From Bilabrum cf. latius (taxonomy: Eukaryota), in contig OZ237757.1 of NCBI GenBank assembly GCA_965178125.1, forward strand, positions 124,001-188,000: 64,000 nt of DNA. Direction: 5' to 3'. The notes below the pieces were generated by a model, which saw nothing but the letters and a program-made list of their open reading frames with translations, was not told the origin of the DNA and did not search any database. Positions 38,001 through 50,800 of this stretch are shown here, one piece after another. Position 1 is the first letter of the stretch. Each line of letters begins with the position of its first letter. A program made the position numbers and the translations under genes.

Positions 38001-38131
38001 AAGTGCTCGATCGGGACGGGGCGAGCACCGAGTAGGGCGCCGGGCCAAGCGCAGGCTCTGCTAGCAGCGGCAAGTGCGAGCTCTCTGACGATTGGGACAG
38101 GGATGGGAGGCCCGATTGGGCCGTTTACTGA
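35096..38131 (+). CDS. Phospholipase B-like (PLBD) Ntn-hydrolase precursor with a signal peptide and long low-complexity inserts
   Basis: Motifs RCSA, GHSTWGDY, SFSSYAG, STDDW, GLTVMETT, GTYNCQWLVVD, YWPSMNRPFF, GAVDTKV, GPT...PFDW. One frame across TAGs at 35135, 35243, 35267, 35621, 36035, 38033. Ends at TGA 38129-38131. Confidence 0.85.
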
Positions 38132-38652
38132 TGATTCTTAAGCAATGGCTGTATTGTGTATTTTATTGGCTCTTTCCGCTGCGGCACAAGCGACCGGCCC
38201 TGCAGCAGTACTACGAACGTTGCTTGGCGACCGGCTCTGAACAAAATAATACAAACTCTCCTAGCTTCAACATCGAGAAACGCTTCGGCCCTCGCTCACC
38301 CCAAGAAATGTGAGATATGCGGCAATTCTCGATCTGTATGCTGAAACTTGTGAAACTGATTCTTCAAACTTTAGATTGCTGGCGTTCTACCCCGGAAATT
38401 GCGCTCATGTGGGTGTCGGCATCCGGTTGTAGTTCAAGGCGGTGGAATCCGCCGGTTCCTCGCCTATCTTGCCTTGCGATGGCTCAAGTGCTGCATCAGT
38501 AGCGTACCATTGTGCCAATAGTTGTTCTTAGTTTATAACACTTGTGTGTTACAAACCGCAACTATCGCCATTGGCGAGTAGTGTACCAACAATCATGATT
38601 TCGCTCTTCGTGGGTCCATCTCCTTTGCACGACCACGCAGCCACGAGAAACC

Positions 38653-39775
38653 ATGTCTGCCGCCGCATTCCAGGTTGGAACTTTTGATTGGTGAGACAAG
38701 CTGCGCTGAGATTGGTACAAATCGAAGTGAATCGCGGCGCTCATGTCGCCAAGGGAGGAGCCGTTTAGCCTGGCTCTGCGATTCAAGGCGCGCAAGCCTC
38801 GCATATCCTGCCATTTCGCCGAATGTATCGTTCATAGAACATGGTAGACTTCTCAGTGTTGCAAAGTGGTCCCTCATACGCGACCCAAGGCTTAAGCTTG
38901 CTTGAATCCGGTCGGTTTCCTCGTGCACTATCCTCTAGTTTCTGCACACCTCTTCCCTTGTCGCAGCTGCGCCGCACCCGGTGGCACCATGGGCTGGTGA
39001 GTGTAGTTTGGACGCCATGTTGCGACTTTTCCTGCATTTGGCCCGCATTTGACCGGTGAATCCATTTGATTCCTTCTCTATCGGCATGATCTCTGTCTTA
39101 ATGTTTCGCAGCCTTTACAGTGAGACTGTAGCTTCAAGCCGCAGCTTTGAATATGCACGAAGTGATTTCATCATCAAATGGCTACGTGTGTGTAGCATCA
39201 CCCGTTTTATGCCCTAAACTACCCACCCACGCAGCCTTCTGCTGCACGCCCTGCGCCGCTGGTGACGTCGGCACCCACACCGGTGTAAGCCAATAGTTGC
39301 AATGGGTTTATTTCTCAGTTAATGCGCTCTGCGCGCTTTGCGTGGCCTCACATTCAAGATACTCAGCTCGCTCCTACCCCGGGATTCTCGCAGTACGGCT
39401 GCCTCGGCGCCTGCCTCGCCGTGCAGTGCTGCGGCTGCCTCGGCATCTGCTACCTGCGTGGCGTGGTCCGCCAGAAGTACTCCATCCAGGAGTCCTGCAT
39501 CAACGACCTGCTGTGCAGCTGCTGCTGCCCCGCCTGCAGTGAGACGATGGCGCCGCCACTCGAGAGGATGACAGGGCAGCGCAAACAAGCTTGCGCGTTG
39601 GATCCAATCTTGCCCCTTCTTTTCCAACCACCGGCCACCATCCATTATCTACCTACCTTTCACCGCAGCTGTGTGCCAGATGCGCAACGAGGCCATGTCC
39701 AGGGAGGCCAAGGCGAACAACCAGGTGAACGTGCACGCGGGTGCGGCCCCCGGCCAGGCTGGCGTGCAGCGCTGA
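38653..39775 (+). CDS. PLAC8-family Cys-rich protein, copy A; join(38653..38690,38967..38996,39112..39119,39235..39284,39394..39538,39669..39775)
   Basis: Spliced product reads FQVGTFDCC...CLYTFCCTPCAAG...LRGVVRQKYSIQESCINDLLCSCCCPACTVCQMRNE. All five introns are GT..CAG and phase-compatible. Ends at TGA. Confidence 0.85.
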
Positions 39776-40283
39776 GCCAAGATGGGGATGAGGACAACGG
39801 GTCTTGAGTGCTAGCTCTTTCGCAGGGCTTGCCACCCGACCAACAAGAGATCTAGATCTGGATAGGGTTTCGGCAGGGCCTGCCGTGCAGGCGGTAGGCT
39901 GCTGTGTGGTGTGTGGGCTCGACGTGCGGGTGGGGGGGGGGCGCTGTGCAAAGTGATGCGTCCGCACGTAGGGTTCGTGATATGATGTGTTTGACTGCAC
40001 GGTATCAGCTATCTCTGTCTCAATTTGTGGTCTTGAACATCCACTCACTTTGCTTCTCTTGCTTTCCTGCGTGGGTAACGGTTGCGTGCACCTTCGACAA
40101 ATAATCAGAATGCAACGCGCTCGCTTCCTTCAGCATACAAGCCCCTATACCTTGTGAGATTGTGACCTGCATTTCGAATTCACAGTCCCTGCTTCATTGT
40201 TGATTTTGTTTGAAAGATTTGTGGTAAAAGCACCGCCAGTTCAACATGCGTTCGCCCGCTCGTACGTCTCACAGAACCTAAAG

Positions 40284-41332
40284 ATGGCACAGGAGCAGTT
40301 CAAGACAGGCCTCTGCGATTGGTGAGCGACTGGCAGTCGATATTCAAACAAAACTGGCAATATTACTGCCAGTTGGATTTGCCCCGGGGACGGTATACTC
40401 GTCTCACCGGGCAGCATGGGCGCGGCCCGTCGGCTCCCACAAGAGCTTCTGTCTCCGACCAAACCGAACGCCTCTCCCCCCTCGCAGCTGCGCTTCTGGG
40501 TTCCCAACCTGCCTGTATGGCACTTTCTGTGGTGTAAGAATAACTAATTGACGGGGTGCACGCGCATTACTCGCTCCGGGCCATATGACATGCTCACCAC
40601 AATCTCGACTCGTGCACACGAGATTTCTTCTCCATTCCCTCCATCGCTTCTCTGTTCGCAGCCATGCGCCGCCGGTGAGTCGGCGCAAGCTGTGTGCAAC
40701 GTTGATCTGTAGAACCATGCATCAAGGTTGTGATCGGCCTCGAGCACCGCCATGCCTGCAAGTTCGGTTTCGACTCCCCAATGCTTTGTTGGACACTTTT
40801 TGGCCTACGATTACCGATTTATGACCTCGCAGGCGACGTCTGCCGCTCGGCCGATGTGAGCCATTAAACATTATCAGTCGAGCGCTACTTCTCTGCCCCT
40901 CGTCAAAAATCTTGCATTGGTGTCTTGACCAAGCATTCGCTGCTACCCCTCCCTTTGCGCAGGGCAACTGGATGCTCGGCTGCCTGGGCACGTGCTGCCT
41001 CGGCTGCATCGGTACCACGATTGTCCGCAACTCATACCGCACGAAGAACAACATCGAGGGCGGATGCTTCATGGACTGCATCCTGTCCACCTTCTGCGGC
41101 GGATGGTGAGATGGTTGCTATGTAACACTACCCTTGCTCCTCCTTGTGCTTTTTGCTGCCGTTGCCCGCATGTCCTCACCCCACTCGGCACCACCATTCA
41201 ATCACTTGCAGTGTACTGTGCCAGCTGATGAGCGACCACGAGGCCCGCTCCAAGACGGGCACGGTCGTCAACATCAACTCTGCGCCCCAGAGCGCTCCCG
41301 GTGGGGCCGTCGTCACCATCACCCAGAACTGA
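40284..41332 (+). CDS. PLAC8-family Cys-rich protein, copy B; join(40284..40321,40488..40533,40662..40674,40833..40855,40963..41105,41212..41332)
   Basis: Spliced product reads FKTGLCDCC...CLYGTFCGPCAAGDV...VRNSYRTKNNIEGGCFMDCILSTFCGGCVLCQ. Five phase-compatible introns. Ends at TGA. Confidence 0.85.
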
Positions 41333-41909
41333 GGGGAAACCTAAGGAGGGCCAATAATGACTGCAATAATGTGAAGGAGAGGGGAGGGTGGGATCGCACT
41401 GCTGTTGGGGTTGCATTGCAAGCCGGCACGATGCCAGGGCTGGCCAGGACAGACGTGTCGTCCATGTGTTGAAACGATCACATCAATCAAGACCCGATCG
41501 CGCGTCATACACAAAGCCTGCAGCTGGAGATGGAGGCTGCAGCAGCAAATCCAATCGCTTCCCGTCCTACTAGGTACCACGCCATCTGATCCCCACCGCT
41601 CGCACTCGCACGCGACTCCAAGCCACACCCTTCCGACTAGTGTGCCGTAGCTCGCTGCAACCACTGGCAGCACATGACCCAACCAAATCAGGCCTCAGAC
41701 TTGCCCTGTTGTCGTGCCCAGCATACTGGTGCACAGCTTTGCTGAATTTCACGGGCGAGCACGCTGCACGCACAGCATCTACACTAATCTACACACGCTG
41801 CATCCTTGTGGATGATTCCGGGAACACTGGTCACACCTGGCCACACTTGCCGTTCCCCAAAGTGTCGAAGGCAGCAACAATCGCCGATTCCTAGGTTTCA
41901 TCGGTTCGC

Positions 41910-43631
41910 ATGCCGCGTCGTAAGGGGAAAAGTAAATCTGGTGGAGACCCGAGGCAGCGGGCGGCCGAGCTCGACGAACGCTTAGCCGCAGCCGGCATTG
42001 TGGAAGGGTCGCCGTTCGCACCTGCGGAGGTTTTGGGCGACGAAAGTGACGACGAAATTGGGGAGGATCGATTCATTGAGATGAATGATGAGCAAAAGGC
42101 CATCATAGCAGAACTCTAGCAACTGCAAGCAAAGCAGGACGCCCTAGCAAAGACCACGGCAAGACGCATCCAGAAAGCGATGGAGCAGCTCCGAGCCGAG
42201 AGCGAGGCTCTGTTTGCGCGCCGAAAGGCCCTCCTGTCCGGTGATGCCAAGTCATCGTTTCTTTCTGATCTGGAGGGCGCTGCAGGTGCAGGGGAACAAC
42301 CAGAGTCTTCGAAGCCATCCGCCGCAGATCCCGCAGCCGCTTCCAGCAAGCCCTCCGTGGCGGAACTTGCACTCCAGGCAGCCCTAGGCAGCAGCACGGA
42401 CGGGACTACTGGTGCTGTGTCTAAACCAGCCCCGAGCTCTGGCGCAGGCGCCGGCACCGCCCCGTCGGGCCCTGGCCCTCTGCCTGGGTTCTGGCTGCAG
42501 GCGCTCGGCTCGCACCCCATGTGGCAGGACATGGTGGAGGAGTGGGACGTGCCGGCGCTGGAAAGCATCACAGACATAACGTACGGCATGCTGCCCGACG
42601 GCCCGGGGTTCACGATTTCTTTCTCCTTCGCGCCCAATGATTTCTTTACGGACGACCAGGTCTCCGTGTCGTTCCGAGTGGCGAACTTCTTCGTGCCCGG
42701 GGAGGAACCTTCGGTCGAGACCGTGGAGGCGAGCACGATCCATTGGAAGAAGGGCAAAGACCTCACTGTGCTCATCAAGAAGGCCAGGGGTGGAGGAGGC
42801 GGCAGTGGAGGCAGTGGTGGAGGTCGTCGTAAGGGCAAGAAGGGCAAGGGCGGGCGCGGGCCAGCCGGCGGCTCTGGAGGAGGGAAGGACATCAGGGAGC
42901 CAAGGGACAGCTTCTTCCGGTTTTTCACCTCGGTGGACGTGCAGGGTGTGCTGGAGCATGGGACCGACGATGATCGCATGGAGCTGATGCAGCAGGTGGA
43001 CCTCCAGTACCAGCTGGCCACTGCACTCAGGACGGACATCATCCCCAGGGCCGTGAAGTGGTTCACTGGAGAAGCTGAGGAGGAGGATGATGATGAGAAT
43101 GACGGGGACTGGGACCCTGCGCTGGACGGGATCGATGAGGAGGACGAGGAGGAGGAAGGGGACAGCGAGGAGGAGGAGGGGGAGGGGGCGGCGAGCAGGA
43201 TGCTGGCTGCTGCCATGGGGGGGGCTGCCGTGCCCGCGGGGGGGGAGGGTGACGAGGAGGAGGGAGAAGAGGACGAGGAGGAATAGGACGAGGAGGCAGA
43301 CATGTAGCGCGCCTCCGAGGACGCCAAGAAGCTGGAGGCGTCGCTGGCGGCTGCATTCGGGGGTTCCGGTGGTGACGCTGACCCCAGTGCGGGGGATGAG
43401 GGCGCCGAAGGGGTGTTTGATTAGCTGTTTGACGGGACGGGCGGGGGCAGGGCCGGCAATGGAGAGCCGCAGGGAAGCAGTGGGGGTGGTGCTGGCGGTG
43501 AAGCATCGACTGCGTGGGGTGTGCCTGACGGGAGCGGCTGGGAGGTGGAGGGGGAGGAGCAGGGAGGCGGTGGGGAGGGGGAGGGGGGGAACAAGGCGGG
43601 GGCAGACGAGGAGAAGTGCAAGCAATCTTGA
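41910..43631 (+). CDS. NAP1: Nucleosome assembly protein 1 (NAP1/SET family) with an acidic tail and C-terminal CaaX box
   Basis: Motifs LPGFWLQAL, LESITDI, FSFAPNDFF, IHWKKGKDLT, DSFFRFF, IIPRAVKWFTGEA. TAGs at 42117, 43284, 43305, 43422. Ends EEKCKQS-TGA. Confidence 0.9.
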
Positions 43632-44602
43632 TTGATCCGATCCAATGGGCTTCCATGCGCCACGAAGCGCACTTGCGCGTTGACCCGTTGCGATGCCGGC
43701 AGGACAGACCACATCAAAGGTGAGGGAACCAGTCGGTAAGAGCCACCAGTCATGCTAGAATGTGTGCGCATGCGTTCATGGATCCAATTGGCCAAGTAAT
43801 GCGCTAGCATGCGTGCCGAATGCCCGAACCGAATTGAGGTAAGGTGCAGTTAAGCTCTCAGATCCGGGCGAAGTCAATCTTCATTTCTGGTGATTCTAAC
43901 AATTTTTTGTCCCCGTGAGTAAGTCTATCGTTTTATGTATTCGATGTACTCAGAATGAGTTGAGTGAATCCGTTTATCTCTTATCATTTTCTGGTATACG
44001 CATGGATTTGTGGGAGTTTCACATGGGTATCATAGCTGCTGTTACCGCTCTTACGAACAATATTTCGGTATTTTATGAGTGTTTAGGCGTATTTAAAGCT
44101 TATATGTAACTGAATTTACTTTGAATTATTCCAACTACTGCTATGTCGTGATTTAGTAGGCCTACAGGGACTCTGATTTTTCATGTGAATTAGGGCGGGT
44201 TGTGGCCCTCCTTAACGCGTCTGTCTGCTAATTGCTGCTGAAGGCTCTTCTTGTGGGTACTTTGATAGATCATATACGACCCTATGCTTGCGCTAAGACC
44301 CCTATTGAGCACACAGCACGAGACATTCGGATCGAGTGGGCTCGGCACGATTTTGTAGCGTGTGTTTGTATACTCGAGTGGATCTCGCCGCCATCCGTCG
44401 CCCCGATGACCCAATCTTTGTAAGCCTTGTCACAAACCAATGTGAAAGTCTTCATGCTCGCAGTTAGTTGACTGCAAGCCGGCCCAGTGCCGTACATTGT
44501 GGCAATCTCGTGTTCTCTGACACACTGGCACCGAGTTGCTGGCGCTTGTGCCCCATCGACGACACGCACAACCTGGTCGTGCACAGCTGCTAAGTCGCTG
44601 AC

Positions 44603-44780
44603 ATGGCAGCCATCCCGCCAGCTAGTGCACCAGCCCACCGGCCCAACGATTCGGCTGCTCGACGCATCGCTGGAGCCAGCGCTAGCACCACTTCCGGTAG
44701 CAGCACCACATCCGGTAGCAGCAGCAGCAGCAATACCACATCCGGTAGCAGCACCACTTCCGGTAGCAGCACCACATCCG

Positions 44781-44814
<34 letters not shown>

Positions 44815-47800
44815 CGTTTTAAACGGACCGCAATCGTAGCACCAAAATCCATACTCGTCACACTGGCCGACTGCACCCGGGGGTTTAGGTGGTGTGTACA
44901 GCATTGGAATTGGCGGAAGCGGAGGGTCAGGGAAGTACCAGTCAGGGCTTCACATGCAGGCGCATGTAGGTGCACCGCATGGCAATACACTACCCTTAGC
45001 AGCGCAATTGATTCATCAGGGCCCTGCTGACACTGCAGTCCCAGTGCCCATGGGCCCACCCGTAGTGTCAAGCGGCGCAGTGGCGCGGCCTGCTGCTGCC
45101 ATCAGGATGACTGCGGGTCACGCGCGGCACACGGCGATCATGCACCCCTTAGGAGGGGCCACAACTGCGGGCGCGCACGCAGGGTCCACGGACGTCTCCA
45201 GCAGGCGATCTGCATAGCAAGTTCACGCCGGTCAAGTCACATAGACCCAGGGACACAGGCATGGGCACGGCCGTGGGCATGATGACATGGTGCCTGCTGG
45301 GTTCCCTCCCGCCAGCACGCAGGCCAGACTGGCAGTCAGGAGCAGCCCGTGGTCCAGGGTGCTGGCTCCCTCCCAGGTGCACGGCATCTTTGCCAGATTT
45401 GAAATGGAGGGCGCGATGAGCACACCGGTGCAGAGCGTGCTCATCTCCGGTGAGCGAGCGAGCAAGCAGCCCAGTGACATCGCGCTTGCCGCGTTGCCAT
45501 GCTTTCGAAATCGAAAATGAACGATTCTGGACACGCTCGCGCCCACCGAATGTGTATGCCTATCTTCTTACCGCTTCTTCTATGCGCAGGGGTGTCGGCC
45601 CAGGGGCCTGACCACTGCAACGTGATCATAGATCTGCATGGGAGGCACAGTGACCGAGCCACGATCGTCGCAACGCTGCCCCTGAGCCTGCCGCAGCCAC
45701 TGGGAGCTGCCAAGGCAGCACCCAAGCGGGCAAAGCTGTCTGCATCTTCGCGACCGTCCTCCAAGTCATCCACGCCGTCGACCTCGCCTCAACCACCGAG
45801 CAAGCCAGCCAAGCGACGACGAGCCAAGGCCGGCCGGCCCACGGTCCGGGATGCAGGCGTCCTGCGGTCGATCGAGCAGGCCATCCGGAGCAGGGGCCAC
45901 GGGGCGGGGAGGAGGCTCCTCTGGATGAGGTGTGCGGAAGGGACGCTCTCCCGCGAGGGTGCAATGCACTGCATCCGGAAGCACCCCGACATGCGAGCCA
46001 GCGCGGCGAAGTCGGACCTCCACGGCCAGGCGGACGCGCTTGCCGACGTGAGCTGGACGGGTTTCAAGCGAAGATGTCGCATGAGGGATGACGAACAGGC
46101 CCGCTGCGAGGTGTGCAACGGTGGCCTGTCGCTGGAAGACGACGCCATTTTGATCTGCGACGGGTGCGACTGCGCGGTGCACCAGAGGTGCTACGGCGTG
46201 GAAAAGGTGCCCGACGGCGACTGGCTCTGCCACACGTGCGATGCAGGACTCACGGAAATGCCGCCGCAGTGCGCTGCATGTTCGCTGCACGGCGGGATCA
46301 TGTGTCGCGCGGCGGGATCCGAGAGGGAGCGCCAGGACTCCAGCTGGGTGCACGTGGCGTGCGCCGTATGGTGCCCCTGCCTGCTGCTGGCGGACGGGAG
46401 GTGCCAGCTGGCGGTGGGCGTGCTGCCGTCCGGCGATCTCGTGTCTGTGAGGCAGGCCGTGCAGATGGACGTGCTCAGGAGGCAGCGCATGTACGACGCC
46501 ACACTGAAGCAGGCGGTGCAGGAGCACGTCACGAGGGCGAGGACGCTGGACGGGGCCTTGAATAGACACGCGGAGCAGCGCAGCGATCCCAGTGGCACTG
46601 CAACCTCGGACCCGGGAGAGCTGACTGAGCACCCCCTGCCCGGAGAGCTGGTCAAGCAGTGGCTCGGCTTGCCGCGGGCATCCCCCTGTGGCCCGCTGCA
46701 CGTGTCCGTGTCCCCGCAGCAGAACCACTTCCCTCAGTGCGCCGTGTGCAAGTCGGCGGGGGGGTCCATGGTGCAGTGCGGGGACCCTTGGTGCCAGGTG
46801 CAGATGCACGCCATGTGTGCTCTGAGGGCCTGCCTGCCCTTCTAGTTTGAGAGCAAGGACGGTCCCGGGGCCACCACGAAGCTGGAGTGGATGGGCGACT
46901 TCGGGCAAGGCGTGGGCCTGCCTCAGTTCGACCCGAACGACCCGCTGGGGGTACCCAGCAGCACGCACACGCTCGGCTACGGCAGCGTGGCCGCGGCTGC
47001 CGGCCTAGTCCGCACGACCTCCATGCTGCACAGCTTCGAGCTCTCCATAGGGTCCTCTGACCTCAAGAGGCACAGGAGGCGGGCAGAGCCGGCCGTGCAA
47101 GGGAACCCCAAGCTGCCCGCGTGCCAGGCCTCCTTCGACTTTCGCCTGGAGTGCCCCTGTTCCCACCCGTGGAGGATGCTGGCGCCCTCCTCGGCCGCCG
47201 CCACCATGCCTGCACTGCACTGCAGCGCGGTGCGGCTGCCCGGTCCGGTGCTCCGCGCGGGCCCTCCCGCCTCTGATGGCGCGATGCCGCCCGTGGTTGA
47301 GGATGAAGACGCGCGGAGGTTGGAGACAGTGTATGGAATGGAGGAAGGGGAGCTGGGCTGGCTACCGGATGACCCCGGCCTGGCGGCAAAGGCGGAGAAA
47401 TCGCGTGCGGGCCATGACTCTTCGCCTCCCAAAGCATCGAGTTCTTCTCCCGGCAGCGGCAGCGTGCCACAGCCGTCGTCTTCGTCCCCTAGTCAAGCGA
47501 CAGCTGCCGACAGCTCCATCGATCCGCTGTCACCCTTGGCGGCCGACGTGTTCATCCAGGTAGGCATGCGCCGGAGGAGGCCGTGGGACTGCCCCTGCGC
47601 CGATCTCGAGTGCTGGGAGCCCAACCGGGGCGGGGACAGCGGCCGGGCCTTCAAAGCAGTGCAAGAAGCGGAGGCTCAAGAGGAGGAATCAGAGGGTGAG
47701 GAGGAAAAGCAGGAGGACATTGTCGATGAGGTTGATGAGGACGATGAGCACCCGCCGGGTGGGGATGCAGCGGCGAGCGCCCAAGCAGACGGTGGGCATG

Positions 47801-50800
47801 GAATCGAGGATCAGGTGCCCGGCACCCTGCCGCGCGGCCTCTCCTGGGAGGAAGCCAGCCGCAGCGCGTGGCACGCGGATGGCATCTTCCCTAGAGCGGT
47901 ACTTCCCGAGACGCTAGGTATTCAGAGGACGCCCCTGCTGCCGGTGGGGCGGCGCCTCGCCACTAGAGCGGTGTGCTGGGTGGCGCAGGCTCCCGATGTG
48001 AAGCCCTCCGCGAAGTCTGCCGTCAAGCAGGCAGCGCATGCCATCCAGCAGCTGTTTGTACCGTTACCCAACGAAGCCTTGGGTGTTAATGAGGCTGGAT
48101 CCGGCCAGGCGATGACTAGCAGCAGCAGTCCTGCAAGCAGTCAGGTCGGTGCGAGTACAAGTGCAGGATCTGCGTCTAGCTCGGATGCGCATGGAGCTAG
48201 CCAGCCCCAGCCCCAGCCCCAGGCCCGCACAAGCGAGCTTAACACCGCTAGTCACAGCTCCGCAGGGTCACAAAAAGGCCCTGAGACCGTCTTCTTGTAC
48301 GAGCCGCTGCTCCCCGACTGGCGGCAGAGGCTCAACACGGAGCCGCCGGTGCCTCGCAGCGACACTCACCCCACATAGGGCTCCACCGCGGCGACTGTTC
48401 CCTGGATGCGGGCGCTCCCGTTCCTCCCCACCGCCGCCATGTCCCGCCTGGCGCTCTCCGATGCAGCCGTGCACGCGGCGCAGGAGACCACGGCGCTGAA
48501 CGCCCTGCAGACCAGCGGCGGGATGCCGGCTGCGCTCGCCAAGGTTCGTTTCACGCACGATGCCGCGCTGTACGCAGCAGCCAGCGGGCGCCCCGTCAGC
48601 CTCGACGAGCCGGAGCGCGTGCTCTCCTCTGGTACCCCCGCCTTCCATGCCAAGCTGAAGAAGCTCATCGAGCTTACGGTGGCTCTGCGGAAAGAGGACC
48701 TGGCTAGAGCCAAGCAGGGTGTGGACGGTGAAAGGAAAGAGGCTGGCAGTGAGCAGCAGGGGCAGGGGAAGGGGCAGGACCCAAAGGCGGTTAGCACGAA
48801 TCCGAAGGCAGCAGCCACAATTGCGAGCTCGGCAAGCGAGGCTCTCGCAGACGCCCTGGACGCCGACCCTGACATGAGAGATCTGTCGCAGATCTGGGGG
48901 GGGTTCGCGGCGGTGCTGGCCCGCGTGGGCGGGTGGTCGCCGACCGTCTCGCCGGTATTCCGGCTGCTTGCCATGGCGGTGGGTGCGCCCCCGCTGGGCA
49001 ACGAGGAGCGGGCCGGCATCTCCGTGCCGCTGCCCAACACCTCTGGGCTGCCGGACAAGTGGGCGAAGGGCGGCAGGTCGGGCAACCACACGGTGGCCAA
49101 GTGGGTGTTCAAAGACAGGACGGCTCGCAGGCAGCGACTCGTCCTCGTTGGCCTCACCCGCGCGGCCTCGGCCTCCTCGAGCCAGGCCTGGTGCAGGGAG
49201 AGGCAGGCTGCAAGGGAGCTCATCGGCAGCGAGGCATCACCGCCAGAGGGCTCACCCTTGGCCAGATCGTCCTCGCAGGATACCCCATCGGCGTCCACGC
49301 CGCTGCCTGGCTCTTCTCCTGTTGCCACACCCGCCGGGCACAAGCGATGGGCGGCGCAGGTGAATGCCCATCGTGACGTGAACATGCCCGCCCACCTGGG
49401 ACTCAGGGCGGGCAGCATCCGGCTGCGACGCGTGCGTGGCAGCGGCGACACCACCGGCGCAGGTGCAGGTGCAGGCCAGCAGGATCGAGCGCCCGCCTAC
49501 CGAGTGGTGAGCAGGAGCGGCGAGTGGGGCCCATCGTGGATCCTGCACAGGCTCTACAGCGCCGTAAGCCAGCGCATCCGAAGCATGGGTAGGACGGGCA
49601 CGCGCAGGCCGCCCCCAGTACCAGTCCGTTGCTCTGACAGGGGCGGCTTGATGCTGCTGCACCGCATCCATGCGAGGCTGTTCTCCGACCCAGAGCAGAG
49701 AGAGGCCGCCAAGCTGGCTGCTGCCCGCGTAGAGGCACTCCAGCTGGAACAGCAGCTGCGTCAGGCCGAGGATGGCAAGCAACACGAGGATATTGGACGA
49801 TAGTCTTTGCAGTACGACTAGAGAGGACCATCGATTGGATCCAAGCGGTCCGCTTCTGCTGCCGGGTTGGGAGGAGTGTCGCGAGACCGTGCGGGTGGAG
49901 AGGGCAAGTCGGACGACGGCATGAGCAGCGAGTCGGAGTCAGACGGCATCGAGACAGATTCAAGTGACGAGGACGAGGATGCTGGCAGCAACACGCGCGT
50001 CAGCAGCTCGAGCCCCAGCTCACCTATTAAGCGTCGCAGCCATAGTATCCAGTCACTCGGCCCTCGGCGGAAGCGGGGGCCATCCGGCCACGGGCTGTCC
50101 ACCGCCCTCCCACTCGTCATGGAGCGGGTGCTCCTCGGAGCGCCCATGCCGCCGCCCGTGCTCGTCTCTCGCATGAAGGCGAGGGCGCCTCTGCTGGACG
50201 CCGAGCTGGAGTCACTGCAGAGGGTCAGGGAGGAGCGGGTCCGGAGGGAGAAAGAGGCGAGGCTTGGAAACTTGAGCAACCTTCACAACCAGAGGCAGCT
50301 CAACCTCCTCCTCGAGTCGGCGGCATGGGGCCAGCGCAACCCGGACGTCGCCGATCCGCGAGACCTGAAGCTGGATGCCCAGAGAAGGAGGAAACCTGCG
50401 GGGGCTCCCGGGGCCCAGGGGCAGGCATCAGCACAGAGTGTGGGCCAAGCATCATTGGATTCCGCGCCGGAAGGCATGCGGATTCAGGTGCCCCCGGGTG
50501 GGCCTGGCGCTGGTGCCAGCGCTGCCTCTGGCACTGGTGATGCGGGCCAGCTCCCGATGGGCTCGCCTCTAGGTACGGAGGATATCGTCACACCGGCCGC
50601 TAGTGCCAGCAAAGGATGGGTTGGGCGAGCAAAGGGCGATGCGGGCCCCGCTGCCCAGCCCTCTGCGTCTGCTGCTGAGACCGCAGGTGGCAGCTCGAGT
50701 GGGTCCAATGTAGAGGAGGAGCTGGGCGAGGAGGAGCTGAACGACCCCATGGCACGGGCGCGGCAGGCCGTTGAGTCGCAGGTGCGGCCTCCGCAAGTGA

